A stretch of 64,000 nt of DNA from Candidatus Omnitrophota bacterium (GTDB lineage: Bacteria; Omnitrophota; Gorgyraeia; JAHJTE01): contig JAHJTE010000001.1 of NCBI GenBank assembly GCA_018830005.1, positions 257,332 through 321,331 of the forward strand, given 5' to 3'. The position numbers and the translations under genes are program-made. Shown here in pieces: positions 46,655-58,572 of the stretch (within the stretch, counting starts at the first letter, position 1; every line of letters starts with the position of its first letter). Below the pieces are notes generated by a model, which saw only the letters and a list, made by a program, of their open reading frames with translations, searched no databases and was not told the origin of the DNA.

Positions 46655-47821
46655 ATGCACAAAGAAAAAATATTTTTTACATCTGAATCAGTAACAGAAG
46701 GTCATCCCGATAAGTTGTGTGATCAGGTTTCTGATTCTATTCTTGATGAGGTATTGAAACAAGATCCTGCTGGACGCGTCGCCTGTGAGACATATGTAAC
46801 TATGGGTTTGATTATTGTCGGTGGAGAAATCACAACCTCTAGTTATATTGATGTTCATGGCGTTACCAGAAATACTATTCGTGAGATTGGCTATGACTCG
46901 CCTAAGTACGGATTTGATTATAAAACCTGTGCCATACTTAATGCGATACATGCACAGTCTCCCGATATTGCCCAGGGTGTTGATCGTGGCGGAGCAGGCG
47001 ACCAAGGCATGATGATTGGTTATGCCTGCGATGAGACCGATGAGCTTATGCCTCTGTCCATAGTCCTGGCCCATAAATTGGTGTCTAGGTTAACGCATGT
47101 GCGAAAAAATAATATTTTAAAATTCTTAGGGCCTGATGGTAAATCCCAAGTTACAGTTCAATATGAGGCAGGCAGACCGGTTCGAGTAGATTCGATAGTT
47201 CTGGCAACGCAACATACAGAAACTGTTCTTGATAAGACAGGTACAAAAATGAAACCTTCTGCCAAGGCTGTAATTATTGACAAGGTTGCTAGGCCTGTTT
47301 TAGGCAGATGGATAGATAAGAAGACTAAGTTTTTTATTAATGAAACGGGTAAGTTCCTTGTTGGTGGTCCCCAGAGTGATACGGGTATGACTGGCAGAAA
47401 GATTATTGTGGATACTTATGGTGGTGTTGTTGCTCATGGTGGCGGTGCCTTTTCAGGTAAAGACCCATCAAAGGTAGATAGATCAGCAGCATATATGGCA
47501 CGCTATATAGCAAAGAATATTGTTGCGGCAAAATTGGCCAAGAGATGCTTAATTCAGCTTTCCTATTGTATTGGGAGGGCTGATCCATTATCGATAATGG
47601 TTGACACTTATCAAACATCTAAAATCTCCGATAGTAAATTAGTAAGCTTAGTGAGAAAGGTCTTTCCGTTAACGCCGCGGGGAATAATCAATTGTCTGGA
47701 TCTTTTAAGACCCATTTATAAGCAGACGGCTGCTTATGGCCATTTTGGCCGTAGCGCTAGTTTTGGTTTTAACTGGGAAAGAACAGATAAAGTAAAGGAG
47801 CTATTAAAGGAACTAAAATGA
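46655..47821 (+). CDS. metK: S-adenosylmethionine synthetase
   Basis: Begins [20 protein letters not shown] and contains [12 protein letters not shown] 46655 follows the ribosome-binding site AAAGGAAGG. Confidence 0.9.
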   Translation: MHKEKIFFTSESVTEGHPDKLCDQVSDSILDEVLKQDPAGRVACETYVTMGLIIVGGEITTSSYIDVHGVTRNTIREIGYDSPKYGFDYKTCAILNAIHAQSPDIAQGVDRGGAGDQGMMIGYACDETDELMPLSIVLAHKLVSRLTHVRKNNILKFLGPDGKSQVTVQYEAGRPVRVDSIVLATQHTETVLDKTGTKMKPSAKAVIIDKVARPVLGRWIDKKTKFFINETGKFLVGGPQSDTGMTGRKIIVDTYGGVVAHGGGAFSGKDPSKVDRSAAYMARYIAKNIVAAKLAKRCLIQLSYCIGRADPLSIMVDTYQTSKISDSKLVSLVRKVFPLTPRGIINCLDLLRPIYKQTAAYGHFGRSASFGFNWERTDKVKELLKELK

Positions 47822-49089
47822 AAAAAAATTACGATATAAAAGATATACGCCTTTCTAAAAAGGGTCGCGCAAGAATCGAGTGGGCAGAAAGGGACATGAA
47901 GGTTACCTCCGGAATTCGCGAGAGATTCAAAAAGGAGAGGCCTTTAGCCGGAGTAAGAATTACTGCTTGTTTGCATGTGACGACTGAAACAGCAAATTTA
48001 ATGCGGGTTTTAAAAGCAGGCGGCGCCAAGGTTAATTTATGTGCTTCAAATCCCTTAAGTACTCAGGATGATGTGGCTGCTTCGCTCGTGCATGATTTTA
48101 ACATTAGTGTCTTTGCCATTAAAGGTGAAGATAAACGCACATACTATAAGCACATTGTTAATGCACTTGCTATAAGGCCTCAGATTACTATGGATGACGG
48201 AGCAGATTTAGTATCCACCTTACATAAAGAGCCTTTAAGATTTGGTATAGATTCATGCATAGGAGGAACAGAGGAGACTACAACTGGAGTTATTAGATTG
48301 CGGGCGATGCAGGAAGATAACGCCTTATCTTATCCCATAATTGCTGTTAATGATGCCCAGACAAAATATATGTTTGACAATCGCTATGGCACTGGTCAGT
48401 CAACTATTGACGGAATAATTCGCTCCACCAATAGATTACTGGCTGGATCGAATTTTGTTGTCTGCGGTTATGGTTGGTGCGGTAGGGGCGTTGCTATGCG
48501 CGCCAAAGGCATGGGCGCTAAGGTTATAATTGTCGAGGTAGATGCCTTGAGGGCCTTGGAAGCGACTATGGATGGTTTTAGGGTAATGCCGCTATCCCAT
48601 GCAGCAAAGATTGGTGACATATTTTTAACTACCACAGGCGATATAAATGTAATTGATGAAAAAGACTTCCACCTCATGAAAGACGGCGCTATAGTTGCCA
48701 ATTCCGGACATTTTAATGTAGAAATAAATATTGTTGCTTTAAAGAAGATGAGTAAAAGCGTAAGGCCGATTAGGGACTTTGTGCTTGAGTATACATTAAA
48801 GAAAAATAACAAAAAGATTTACATCCTAAGCGAGGGAAGATTAGTTAATCTTGCTGCTGCTGAAGGCCATCCGGCGCAAGTTATGGATATGAGCTTTGCT
48901 AATCAGGCGTTGTGCGCTGAATATATTTTTAAGAATAGTAAAAGTTTAGAAAACAAGGTTTATCCTGTGCCTTTAGATATTGATAAAGGGATCGCCAAAT
49001 TAAAGCTGGATTCTATGGGAATAAAGATAGATACCTTAAGTCCAGAGCAACGGAAATATTTATCGAGCTGGCAGCAGGGAACACTCTAA
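47818..49089 (+). CDS. ahcY: adenosylhomocysteinase
   Basis: Contains an NAD-binding GYGWCGRG motif and conserved AhcY N- and C-terminal regions. Confidence 0.9.
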   Translation: MKKNYDIKDIRLSKKGRARIEWAERDMKVTSGIRERFKKERPLAGVRITACLHVTTETANLMRVLKAGGAKVNLCASNPLSTQDDVAASLVHDFNISVFAIKGEDKRTYYKHIVNALAIRPQITMDDGADLVSTLHKEPLRFGIDSCIGGTEETTTGVIRLRAMQEDNALSYPIIAVNDAQTKYMFDNRYGTGQSTIDGIIRSTNRLLAGSNFVVCGYGWCGRGVAMRAKGMGAKVIIVEVDALRALEATMDGFRVMPLSHAAKIGDIFLTTTGDINVIDEKDFHLMKDGAIVANSGHFNVEINIVALKKMSKSVRPIRDFVLEYTLKKNNKKIYILSEGRLVNLAAAEGHPAQVMDMSFANQALCAEYIFKNSKSLENKVYPVPLDIDKGIAKLKLDSMGIKIDTLSPEQRKYLSSWQQGTL

Positions 49090-49102
49090 TTTCGTATATC
49101 GC

Positions 49103-50059
49103 ATGAAAAGGATCGCAGTACTTACCTCAGGCGGTGATTCGCCGGGAATGAATGCAGCAATTCGGGCTGTTGTTCGCTACGCTGATTTTAAAAAAATAGA
49201 AACGCTGGGAGTAATTGCAGGTTACAAAGGTTTGGTTGAGGGGAACATTATCTCTTTAAATCGGCGTTCAGTTTCAAATATAATCAATCGCGGCGGCACA
49301 ATTTTAAAAACAGCGCGTTGCGAGGAATTTAAGACAAAACAAGGTCAAAAAAAAGCAGTTGAGGTTATAAGAAAAAATAAAATTGATGGTGTGGTTGTAA
49401 TCGGTGGCGATGGTTCTTACCGAGGAGCGCACGCACTTTCTTCCTGGGGGGTCCCAACAATAGGCGTTCCGGGTACGATTGATAATGATATCCGCGGTAC
49501 AGATAAGACCATTGGTTGTGATACTGCAGTAGATACAGCACTAGAGGCTATTGATAAAATTCGTGATACTGCTACAAGCCTAGAGCGCATATATGTTATT
49601 GAGGTAATGGGTAGGCTTTCAGGATATATCGCTATTCAGGTTGCCTTGGGTGCTGGAGCTGAGGATTGTATAATTCCCGAAATAAAATTTGACATCAACA
49701 AGATGTGTAAGGATATCAAAGAGGGGAATAGAAAAGGAAAGGCGAGTTGGATTATAATTGTTGCCGAAGGAGCAGCCAATGCCGTTGATGTTGGAAAAAA
49801 GATTAGCAAGATAACGGGTTTAGAAAATCGCGTAGCAGTGTTAGGGTATATACAAAGAGGCGGTGTGCCCACTGCACCTGACCGAATTTTAGCAATTCGC
49901 CTCGGTGCCGCTGCCGTGGATTTATTAACTAAGGATAAGACTGATAAGGCCGTAGGTATTTTAGGAGGAAGGATAAACGTAGTTGATTTAGAAGAGGCCT
50001 CTAAGAAGCGAGATATCGAAGTGGACGCTTTGTATCGACTCATACGCATAGTCACCTAA
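49103..50059 (+). CDS. pfkA: ATP-dependent 6-phosphofructokinase
   Basis: Contains RIAVLTSGGDSPGMNAAIRAVV and GGDGS motifs. Confidence 0.85.
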   Translation: MKRIAVLTSGGDSPGMNAAIRAVVRYADFKKIETLGVIAGYKGLVEGNIISLNRRSVSNIINRGGTILKTARCEEFKTKQGQKKAVEVIRKNKIDGVVVIGGDGSYRGAHALSSWGVPTIGVPGTIDNDIRGTDKTIGCDTAVDTALEAIDKIRDTATSLERIYVIEVMGRLSGYIAIQVALGAGAEDCIIPEIKFDINKMCKDIKEGNRKGKASWIIIVAEGAANAVDVGKKISKITGLENRVAVLGYIQRGGVPTAPDRILAIRLGAAAVDLLTKDKTDKAVGILGGRINVVDLEEASKKRDIEVDALYRLIRIVT

Positions 50060-50075
50060 GAAGAAGGAGGAAACA

Positions 50076-51401
50076 TTGGCAAACTTAAATATTGATAATA
50101 TGGTTTATGAGCTCGTAACCTCTAAAGATATAAGTCAAAAACATGAGATAGCTGTTAAAATCAGAAAACAGGCTCAGAAACAAGGAATATACCTAGCCTC
50201 TATTTATAACCTATATAAGGCACGTAGCCAGAATAAATTTAGCGGTTTTACGGTTCCGGCCATAAATTTACGTGCCCTCACTTATGATTTGGCAAGGGCA
50301 ATATTTCGCGTAGGCAATAGGCTCGCTAGCAGCGCCTTTATCTTAGAAATTGCCCGTTCAGAAATGGGTTACACTGATCAATCGCCAACAGAATACGCAG
50401 CCGTGTGTTTAGCAGCAGCTTTAAAGGAGAATTTTAAAGGTCCTGTATTTGTACAAGGCGATCATTTCCAGGTTAATGCCAAGAAATTTGCCAATAATGA
50501 CAAGAAAGAGACTGAGGCACTTAAAGATGTAATTTTTGACTCAATAAATGCAGGCTTTTTTAATATTGATATTGATAGTTCAACACTTGTTGATTTAGAT
50601 AAGTCTGATAAGCTAGAAGAGCAACGTCTGAATTTTGAAATTTGTGCCCAGATGAGTGCCTTTATTAGAGAGATAGAGCCAAAAGGCATAACTGTTTCTA
50701 TCGGCGGCGAGATTGGCGAGGTAGGAAAGGCTAATAGCACTCCTGAGGAGCTGGATGCCTTCATGCAAGGATATAATGAGGCAATATCAAAGACGAATAA
50801 GCTAGAGGGCCTGGCTAAAATAAGCGTTCAGACCGGCACAAGCCATGGAGGTGTTGTGCTGGCTGATGGAACAGTTGCCAAGGTAAAGCTTGACTTTGAT
50901 ACCTTAAAGATATTATCTAGAAATGCCCGCCAGAAGTATGGTATGGCAGGGGCAGTTCAGCATGGCGCTTCGACTTTGCCTGAGGATGCATTTGGAAAAT
51001 TCCCTGAAGTCGAAACAGCCGAAGTCCATCTTGCAACTCAGTTTCAGAATATGATTTATGAACATGAGGCCTTTGGGCAAGGTTTACGAGCTAAAATGTA
51101 TGATTGGATCGGAAAAAATTGTGCTGCAGAAAAAAAACCGGAGGAGACCGACGATCAATTTATCTACAAATTACGTAAAAAGGCCTTAGGTCCGTTTAAA
51201 AAAGAACTTATGGATTTGCCAGTTGCTACTAGAGAAACAATAGCCTCCTCTATTCAAGAGAAATTTGAATTTCTTTTTAAGCAATTAAAAATAGATAATA
51301 CGCGTGATTTAGTTGCTGCGTTTGTTTTGCCGGTTAATATTGGAATTAGTAAAGAATTAAAACGGCCAGCAGAAGTTAGGCACTTTGAAGGAGATGATTA
51401 A
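50076..51401 (+). CDS. class II fructose-bisphosphate aldolase-family protein (long form)
   Basis: Blockwise similarity to E. coli FbaA: PVFVQGDHF (compare PVILHTDHC), FEICAQMS...[10 protein letters not shown] (compare IEICSKY...ELGCTGGEEDG), [15 protein letters not shown]. Its 441-aa size and extensions are unusual. Confidence 0.6.
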   Translation: MANLNIDNMVYELVTSKDISQKHEIAVKIRKQAQKQGIYLASIYNLYKARSQNKFSGFTVPAINLRALTYDLARAIFRVGNRLASSAFILEIARSEMGYTDQSPTEYAAVCLAAALKENFKGPVFVQGDHFQVNAKKFANNDKKETEALKDVIFDSINAGFFNIDIDSSTLVDLDKSDKLEEQRLNFEICAQMSAFIREIEPKGITVSIGGEIGEVGKANSTPEELDAFMQGYNEAISKTNKLEGLAKISVQTGTSHGGVVLADGTVAKVKLDFDTLKILSRNARQKYGMAGAVQHGASTLPEDAFGKFPEVETAEVHLATQFQNMIYEHEAFGQGLRAKMYDWIGKNCAAEKKPEETDDQFIYKLRKKALGPFKKELMDLPVATRETIASSIQEKFEFLFKQLKIDNTRDLVAAFVLPVNIGISKELKRPAEVRHFEGDD

Positions 51402-51511
51402 ATATGCCTAAGAGGCGAAAAAAAGTTAGAAGGAAATCTAGAAAAGTAACTAGAAAGCCAAAGAAAAAACCAGCTCTGAAAGTCAAAGAAAAAGAGAAAA
51501 AGGAATTGTCT

Positions 51512-53167
51512 TTGCGTTCAGATATTACAAAGAAAGGCGTTGAGCGTATTCCGCACCGCGCCCTGCTTTATGCTACGGGCTTAACACCTCAGGATATTGA
51601 TAAGCCATTTATTGGGATAGCCTCTTCTTTTTCTGATTTAGTTCCGGGTCATATAAATATGCGTTCTCAGGAACGGGCAATTGAGGCTGGGATACATTCT
51701 GCAGGAGGTAGGCCATTTATCTTTGGCGTGCCAGCTGTTTGTGACGGAATTGCAATGGGTCATTCTGGAATGCGCTATTCATTGCCATTGCGGGAAATAG
51801 TTGCTGATTCAGTTGAGACAGTGGCGAATGCGCATCAGTTGGATGGTTTAGTTTTGTTAACGAATTGCGATAAGATTACCCCTGGTATGCTTATGGCAGC
51901 AGCGCGGCTTAACATCCCTGCGATTGTGGTTACTGCAGGACCAATGTTAACGGGTAGGATGCGTGGTAAGCGCTTATCCTTAGTGCGCGACACATTTGAA
52001 GCAGTTACTAAGGCTAAAAAAGGTGAGATAAAACCCGATGAGTTAGAGAAGTTAGAAACCTGTACCTGTCCAGGAGCAGGTTCTTGTCAAGGGCTTTATA
52101 CTGCAAATACCATGTCCTGCCTTACTGAAACATTAGGCATGTCACTTTCAGGTTGCGCTACAGCTGGCGCAGTTAGTTCCAAAAAGGCACGTATTGCCTT
52201 TGAATCAGGCAGGAGAATTATTGATTTAGTGAAGAAGGACATCAGGCCAAGAAGCATTTTAACGCGCACAGCCTTTGAGAATGCAATAACCGTTGATATG
52301 GCCTTAGGCGGTTCAACTAATACTGTTTTGCATCTATTGGCAATTAGCTTTGAAGCAAATATTCATTTGCCATTGAAATTATTTGATTTGATTTCACGCA
52401 AGACTCCTAATATCTGTTCACTTGAGCCTGCGGGAGATTTTTATATGGAGGATTTAGAGGCTGCGGGTGGAATAGGAGCTGTTCTGAAGCAGCTAAGACC
52501 AAAGCTGAACAATACTCAGACATTGAGCGGTAAATCAATCTATCAATTAGCTGCTGAAGCAAATATCGAGGATGAAGAGGTTATCCGTTCCCTAAATCAG
52601 CCTTATAATAAACAAGGGGGCATTGCTATTCTTTTTGGTAATCTTGCTCCAGAAGGTGCAGTAGTAAAACAAAGTGCTGTAAGTAAACAGATGCACCACT
52701 TCACAGGAAGGGCTGTTGTCTTTGAATCCGAGGAAGAGGCAATGTCTGCGATTTTAGCTCTCAAGATTAAGAAGGGTCAAGTTATTGTAATTCGCAACGA
52801 AGGCCCTAAAGGAGGCCCGGGAATGAGAGAGATGCTTTCGCCTACTTCTGCTATTGTAGGTATGGGCCTTTCCGATAGTGTTGCTCTAATTACCGACGGA
52901 AGATTTTCCGGAGGTACACGCGGACCTTGCATTGGTCACATAAGCCCGGAAAGTATTGCAGGTGGTGTAATTTCAATTGTCGAGAATGATGATCGAATTG
53001 AAATAGATATCTCAAAGAGAAAAATAGAGCTACTTGTTTCTAAGAAAAAGATTATAGAGAGACTAAATCAAAAAAAGGCTATAGTAAAGCCAAAAGAACT
53101 GAGTGGCTATCTGGCAAGGTATGCTAAATTGGTAAGCTCTGCTAATTTAGGCGCTATACTTCGTTAA
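51512..53167 (+). CDS. ilvD: dihydroxy-acid dehydratase (likely TTG start)
   Basis: The TTG at 51512 gives (M)[22 protein letters not shown], matching the canonical IlvD N-terminus MRSDxIKKGxERAPHRSLL. The track ORF from 51404 adds a 36-aa Lys/Arg-rich extension that is probably not translated. Contains the CDKITPG Fe-S motif. Confidence 0.85.
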   Translation: MRSDITKKGVERIPHRALLYATGLTPQDIDKPFIGIASSFSDLVPGHINMRSQERAIEAGIHSAGGRPFIFGVPAVCDGIAMGHSGMRYSLPLREIVADSVETVANAHQLDGLVLLTNCDKITPGMLMAAARLNIPAIVVTAGPMLTGRMRGKRLSLVRDTFEAVTKAKKGEIKPDELEKLETCTCPGAGSCQGLYTANTMSCLTETLGMSLSGCATAGAVSSKKARIAFESGRRIIDLVKKDIRPRSILTRTAFENAITVDMALGGSTNTVLHLLAISFEANIHLPLKLFDLISRKTPNICSLEPAGDFYMEDLEAAGGIGAVLKQLRPKLNNTQTLSGKSIYQLAAEANIEDEEVIRSLNQPYNKQGGIAILFGNLAPEGAVVKQSAVSKQMHHFTGRAVVFESEEEAMSAILALKIKKGQVIVIRNEGPKGGPGMREMLSPTSAIVGMGLSDSVALITDGRFSGGTRGPCIGHISPESIAGGVISIVENDDRIEIDISKRKIELLVSKKKIIERLNQKKAIVKPKELSGYLARYAKLVSSANLGAILR

Positions 53168-53227
53168 CAAGGGATAGACAGAAAATCTTGATCAGTCCGG
53201 AATTGATTACTAGGGAGTACTGTTGAA

Positions 53228-54907
53228 ATGACAGACAAAAAGATGACAGGCGCACAGATTTTAATAGAGGCTCTTAAAAAAGAGAATGTTGAGGTAATCT
53301 TTGGTTATCCTGGTGGTTCTGTACTGCCTTTATTTGATGTATTATATGATGCGCCAATCAAGTTCATATTAACACGCCACGAACAGGCTGCTGCGCATGC
53401 TGCTGATGGTTATGCTCGCGCAACTGGAAAGGTTGGTGTTTGTATCGTAACCAGTGGTCCAGGTGCGACTAATCTAACTACGGGTTTGGCAACCGCCTTT
53501 ATGGACTCTGTTCCTGTTGTTGCTATTACCGGCCAGGTAAAGACACATCTCATCGGAAATGATGCCTTTCAGGAGGCAGATATTACAGGCATAACACGGC
53601 CGATAACAAAGCATAATTATCTTATAAAAGATGTCACTCATCTTTCGCGTACTGTAAGAGAGGCTTTTTATATTGCATCTAGTGGCAGGCCGGGTCCTGT
53701 AGTTATTGATATGCCTTCAGATGTTCAAACTGCTAAAGGAGAATTTAGCTGGAAACCACAGGCGGATATTCGCGGATATAAGCCAACTTATGTTGGTCAT
53801 CGGGGTCAAATCAAGAAGGCTGCAAGGCTTATTGAGAAGTCAAAAAGGCCTGTGCTCTATGTAGGTGGTGGAGTTATAATTTCTGGGGCATCTGATGCTT
53901 TAGGGGAATTGGCTGAGAGGTTACAGATTCCAGTTACTACCACACTTATGGGCATGGGAGCATTTGATATGAATCATGAGCTGTCTTTAGGTATGCTGGG
54001 TATGCATGGCACAGCCTATGCTAATCATGCGATAATGGAGTCAGATTTGATTATTGCTGTTGGTGCCCGTTTTGATGATCGTGTTACAGGTAGGATTGAT
54101 ATGTTTGCTCCGCATGCAAAGGTTATTCATATAGATATAGATCCAACCTCTATTAGTAAAAATATCAATGTAGATATTCCAATCGTCGGCGATGCAAAGA
54201 ATAACCTGGGCCAATTATTGGAGGTTATAAAGAATGCGGATACCAAAGATTGGCTCAAAAAAATAAAAGAGTGGAAAAAGAAGTATCCGCTTACCTATAA
54301 GAAGGATGACGATAAATTACGGCCACAATATGTTATTGAAGAGATTTACAGAGCTACCAAAGGTAAAGCAATTATTACTACAGAGGTGGGTCAGAATCAG
54401 ATGTGGGCTGCACAGTGGTATAAATATTCCCAACCCAGGACGTTTATTTCCAGCGGTGGTTTAGGAACTATGGGTTATGGATTTCCTGCAGCTATTGGCG
54501 CTAAAATTGGTTGTCCTGGAAAAACAGTTTTTGACATTGCTGGTGATGGCTCAATACAGATGAATATTCAGGAACTTGCAACAGCAGTGGAAAACAAGGT
54601 CGCAGTTAAGGTAGCTATTTTAAATAATGGTTTTTTAGGCATGGTGCGACAATGGCAGGAGCTTTTCTTCAAGAAGAGGTACTCTTATACGCATATGGTT
54701 AATCCTGATTTTGTAAAACTAGCAGAGAGTTATGGTGCCTTAGGAATCTGTATTAAGAAGAAGGCCCAGGTGCGTCCAGCTATCAAGAAGGCGATTGCAA
54801 CCAAAGGTGTTGTATTTTTGGATTTTCAGATCGAGAAAGAAGAGAATGTTTTTCCCATGGTTCCAGCGGGTGAGGCCATTAATCGCATGATAGGCGGCAT
54901 GGCCTAG
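53228..54907 (+). CDS. ilvB: acetolactate synthase large subunit
   Basis: ThDP enzyme motifs GYPGGSVLP and GDG...NN; 559 aa. Confidence 0.9.
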   Translation: MTDKKMTGAQILIEALKKENVEVIFGYPGGSVLPLFDVLYDAPIKFILTRHEQAAAHAADGYARATGKVGVCIVTSGPGATNLTTGLATAFMDSVPVVAITGQVKTHLIGNDAFQEADITGITRPITKHNYLIKDVTHLSRTVREAFYIASSGRPGPVVIDMPSDVQTAKGEFSWKPQADIRGYKPTYVGHRGQIKKAARLIEKSKRPVLYVGGGVIISGASDALGELAERLQIPVTTTLMGMGAFDMNHELSLGMLGMHGTAYANHAIMESDLIIAVGARFDDRVTGRIDMFAPHAKVIHIDIDPTSISKNINVDIPIVGDAKNNLGQLLEVIKNADTKDWLKKIKEWKKKYPLTYKKDDDKLRPQYVIEEIYRATKGKAIITTEVGQNQMWAAQWYKYSQPRTFISSGGLGTMGYGFPAAIGAKIGCPGKTVFDIAGDGSIQMNIQELATAVENKVAVKVAILNNGFLGMVRQWQELFFKKRYSYTHMVNPDFVKLAESYGALGICIKKKAQVRPAIKKAIATKGVVFLDFQIEKEENVFPMVPAGEAINRMIGGMA

Positions 54908-54935
54908 ATAGGTAGGGAGTCAAGAGGAGTAAGAT

Positions 54936-55415
54936 ATGAAGCATACTATTTCAGTTTTAGTTGAAAATAGACCGGGTGTCTTAGCAAGAATCTCCGGGCT
55001 TTTTAGCGCTAGGGCATTTAATATTGATTCTTTGGCTGTGGGGGAAACACATGATCCTTCCATATCGCGCATGACTATCATCGTCGATGCTAAAGATGAA
55101 AGAGTCCTAGAGCAGATTAAGAAACAGCTGAATAAATTGATTGATACTATTTCTGTCACTGATTTAACAAACAGGGAATTTATTGAGAGGGAATTAATCC
55201 TTATAAAAATAGTATTCGCCCAGAAGAACAAAAAACAACTTGAGTCATTGTCCGAGAAGTTTCGTGCCCACATCCTTTTTATCAAAGGCCCTATGGCTAT
55301 TATTGAGATTTCTGATGAAAAGGAGAGAATCGATCAGTTTTTGAAAGAACTAGAGAGGTTTGAGATTAAGGAATTAGTTAGAACTGGAAGGATAGCAATA
55401 GACAAACATATTTGA
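54936..55415 (+). CDS. ilvN: acetolactate synthase small (regulatory) subunit
   Basis: ACT domain ISVLVENRPGVLARISGLFSARAFNIDSL. Confidence 0.85.
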   Translation: MKHTISVLVENRPGVLARISGLFSARAFNIDSLAVGETHDPSISRMTIIVDAKDERVLEQIKKQLNKLIDTISVTDLTNREFIERELILIKIVFAQKNKKQLESLSEKFRAHILFIKGPMAIIEISDEKERIDQFLKELERFEIKELVRTGRIAIDKHI

Positions 55416-55476
55416 TTAACCCCTGTTGGTTTTGCCTATAGCAAGATCAAGTCGTTGGGATGAATAGGAGGTTTTA

Positions 55477-56469
55477 ATGGCAAAGATTTATTATGATAAT
55501 GATGCGGACTTAGAGGTAATAAAACACAAGCAAATTGCTATTATAGGTTATGGTATTCAGGGTCGCGGCCAGGCATTGTGTCTGCGTGATTCTGGTTGTA
55601 ATGTAATTATTTCTGAGTTAGAAGGAACAGATAATTTCCAACAGGCGAAGAAGGACGGATTTAATCCTGTCTTGGCCCAAGAAGCAGCAAAGAGTGCTGA
55701 TATTATTCAAATCTTGACCCAGGATCATGTTCAGGCCAAGGTCTATAAAGAAAGCATAAAGCCGAACTTAAAAAAGGGAAAAGCGCTTTGTTTTTCGCAC
55801 GGATTTAATATTAGGTTTAAGCAGATAAAGCCGCCAAAGAAAATCGATGTATTTATGGTTGCACCAAAAGGACCCGGAGCTTTGGTGAGGAGGATGTTTG
55901 AGCAGGGAAAAGGCGTGCCTTGTCTTTTAGCGGTTTTTCAGGATTCAACAGGTGGCGCAAAACAGCTGGCCTTAGCTTATGCCAAGGCAATTGGCGCAAC
56001 GCGTGCTGGCGTAATTGAGACTACGTTTGAAGAAGAGACTGAAACTGATTTATTCGGTGAGCAAGCTGTACTCTGCGGTGGTGCTACCGAGTTAATAAAG
56101 GCAGGATTCGATACATTAGTTGAGGCAGGATATCAGCCGGAGATTGCCTATTTTGAGGTATTACACGAGTTAAAACTTATTACAGATTTGGTTCAGGAGT
56201 TTGGAATTAGCGGTATGCGACGCAGGGTTTCAAATACTGCCTGCTACGGGGATTTAACACGCGGCCCTGTTATTATTGATGCGAAGACGCGAAAGAAGAT
56301 GCAAAAGATTTTAAAAGATGTAAAGAGCGGCAAATTTGCGCGTGAGTGGATTAAAGAAAACGAAACAGGTAGACCTGTTTTTAATAAATTATTAAAAGAA
56401 GGCGATGAGCATCCAATAGAGGAAGTCGGCAAGCAGTTACGCGAAATGATGCCTTGGATGAAAGAGTAG
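55477..56469 (+). CDS. ilvC: ketol-acid reductoisomerase
   Basis: Contains [21 protein letters not shown]; 330-aa class I KARI. Confidence 0.9.
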   Translation: MAKIYYDNDADLEVIKHKQIAIIGYGIQGRGQALCLRDSGCNVIISELEGTDNFQQAKKDGFNPVLAQEAAKSADIIQILTQDHVQAKVYKESIKPNLKKGKALCFSHGFNIRFKQIKPPKKIDVFMVAPKGPGALVRRMFEQGKGVPCLLAVFQDSTGGAKQLALAYAKAIGATRAGVIETTFEEETETDLFGEQAVLCGGATELIKAGFDTLVEAGYQPEIAYFEVLHELKLITDLVQEFGISGMRRRVSNTACYGDLTRGPVIIDAKTRKKMQKILKDVKSGKFAREWIKENETGRPVFNKLLKEGDEHPIEEVGKQLREMMPWMKE

Positions 56470-56492
56470 TTCCCGCAAAAGTTTTTGCTGGA

Positions 56493-56532
56493 TCAAGCAA
56501 AAAATAGACGCCAGATGGCATTTTTTGCTTGA
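56493..56532 (+). promoter_or_regulatory. 13-bp perfect inverted repeat (tcaagcaaaaaat / attttttgcttga, 14-nt loop) in the ilvC-leuA intergenic region
   Basis: Read directly from the sequence. It is flanked by a second tight hairpin (gcaaaa-gt-ttttgc, 56475-56488) and by a 29-nt degenerate copy of the ilvC 3' end (56532-56560). Confidence 0.4.
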
Positions 56533-56569
56533 GATGCCTTGGATGCGGGATGAAAGTAAGGGATAAGAA

Positions 56570-58075
56570 GTGAAAAAACTAATAATTTTCGACACAACTT
56601 TAAGAGATGGGGAACAGGCGCCAGGCGCAAGTCTTACCTTAAAAGAGAAGATTGAGATCGCCAGGCAACTCGTGCGCTTAGGGGTGAATGTTATTGAGGC
56701 AGGTTTTCCTGTATCTTCAAAGGGTGACTTTGAATCAGTAAGGACGATAGCAAAAGAAGTTAGGGGTACTACTATCTGCGGTTTAGCCAGGGCGCTTAAG
56801 AAAGACATGGACACAGCTTTAGGGGCAATAGAGCCTGCTAAGATGAAACTTTTGCATGTATTTCTTGCTACGTCTAAGATCCATATGAAGTACAAGTTAA
56901 GAAAGGCCAAAGAGGAGATATTGCGTATTGCAGTTGAGTCTGTGAGATATGCGAGAAAGAGAATTGAGGATATAGAGTTTTCTCCTGAAGATGCCAGCCG
57001 TACAGATCCTGAATTTTTGTTTCAGGTTATTGAAGCGGTTATTGATGCGGGTGCGTCTATAGTTAATATTCCAGATACAGTTGGTTTTTCCGATCCAGTT
57101 GAGTTCGGGCAGCTAATCCGTAAGATAAAAGAGAACGTGCCCAATATAGATAAGGCGATAATTTCAGTTCATTGCCATAATGATCTGGGCCTTGCAGTAG
57201 CCAATTCCTTATCTGCAATAAAAAATGGTGCACGGCAAGTTGAGTGTACGGTAAACGGCATAGGCGAACGTGCAGGCAATGCCTCAATGGAAGAGATTGT
57301 CATGGCAATAAAGACGCGGCCAGAGATTTTCTCAAATTTAAAAACAGATATTAATACTAAGGAAATTTATAAGTCATCTCGGCTGGTAAGCAAGCTTACT
57401 GGGTTTGTGGTTGCTCCTAATAAAGCGATTGTTGGCCTGAATGCCTTTCGTCATGAATCCGGAATACATCAAGATGGTGTTATTAAAAAGCCGATTACCT
57501 ATGAGATTATTAAACCTGAGGACGTTGGCTATACCGGTATAGGATTAGTTTTAGGCAAACATTCCGGCCGGCATGCCTTAAAGGAAAGATTGCAGTTATT
57601 CGGATTACATCTAAATGATTCTGAATTGGATAAGGTGTTTAAAGAGTTCAAGGACCTTGCAGATAAAAAGAAAGAGGTATTCGATGAGGACTTGATTGCT
57701 TTAGTAGAGGAGGAGATTGGAAAGGCCTCACATTTTTGGAAGTTGGAGGATTTAGAGGTAAATTCCGGATTACACATCACTCCTGCTGTTAAGATAACTT
57801 TAAAATTAAAAGGAAAGATTAAAAAGAGTATATCTAGTGGCGATGGGCCTATTGACGCCTGTTACAAGGCTATAGATAAGATTACAGGTATAAAGGGAGA
57901 ATTGCTGGATTATTCCATTCAATCAGTTACTGCAGGCAAGGATGCCTTAGGAGAAGTTAGCGTGCGGATTAAAGCCCGCAATAGAGAATCCCTGGGAAAA
58001 GGCAGAAGCACAGACATTATCGAGGCTTCAGTCAAGGCATATCTTAATGCGATTAGTAAAATTGCTAATAGATAA
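56570..58075 (+). CDS. leuA: 2-isopropylmalate synthase / citramalate synthase family
   Basis: Begins [17 protein letters not shown] and contains [16 protein letters not shown], with a C-terminal LeuA dimerisation and regulatory domain. LeuA and CimA cannot be distinguished by eye. Confidence 0.8.
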   Translation: MKKLIIFDTTLRDGEQAPGASLTLKEKIEIARQLVRLGVNVIEAGFPVSSKGDFESVRTIAKEVRGTTICGLARALKKDMDTALGAIEPAKMKLLHVFLATSKIHMKYKLRKAKEEILRIAVESVRYARKRIEDIEFSPEDASRTDPEFLFQVIEAVIDAGASIVNIPDTVGFSDPVEFGQLIRKIKENVPNIDKAIISVHCHNDLGLAVANSLSAIKNGARQVECTVNGIGERAGNASMEEIVMAIKTRPEIFSNLKTDINTKEIYKSSRLVSKLTGFVVAPNKAIVGLNAFRHESGIHQDGVIKKPITYEIIKPEDVGYTGIGLVLGKHSGRHALKERLQLFGLHLNDSELDKVFKEFKDLADKKKEVFDEDLIALVEEEIGKASHFWKLEDLEVNSGLHITPAVKITLKLKGKIKKSISSGDGPIDACYKAIDKITGIKGELLDYSIQSVTAGKDALGEVSVRIKARNRESLGKGRSTDIIEASVKAYLNAISKIANR

Positions 58076-58081
58076 TAAATA

Positions 58082-58567
58082 ATGCTGATTCATTCAAGAA
58101 GAAGGAACATCCTGGGAATCTTTATAATTATAGTTGTGGCTGTGTTTGGCCTGTTGGCTTTTAAGCTAGTGAGATCAGGTGGCTTAGATGGGTTGAGAAC
58201 AAATATAGCTAGTGATCGCCAGGATTTAAAAACGCAGTTTGAGATAGTTAGAGCTAATACCCGAGATTTAATTTCCCCGTTGAGAAAACCGCCTTATTCA
58301 ACCTTGGCTCCTCAAGCGACTTTGGCTCAGATGCTGCCTCAGGCATTTGCTGAATTCCAAGAAGATGACTGGAGATATTTTTGGGAATTAATCTATGGTG
58401 TTCATGAGACAGATGATTATGGGAGCAATTATACCCCAAAGAGAAAAAGACAATTAAGCATCGAGGAAATAAAGGAAACCCTTAGCTATGATTACCCTGA
58501 AGTCTTTGGCAGGTTCAATGGACAAATGTGGGAAGAGTTCTGGAAGGTAGTATTTAAAAAATATTAA
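58082..58567 (+). CDS. hypothetical protein, N-terminal TM anchor
   Basis: 161-aa ORF wedged between leuA and aroE with no recognisable family motif. Confidence 0.4.
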   Translation: MLIHSRRRNILGIFIIIVVAVFGLLAFKLVRSGGLDGLRTNIASDRQDLKTQFEIVRANTRDLISPLRKPPYSTLAPQATLAQMLPQAFAEFQEDDWRYFWELIYGVHETDDYGSNYTPKRKRQLSIEEIKETLSYDYPEVFGRFNGQMWEEFWKVVFKKY

Positions 58568-58572
58568 AGAGC

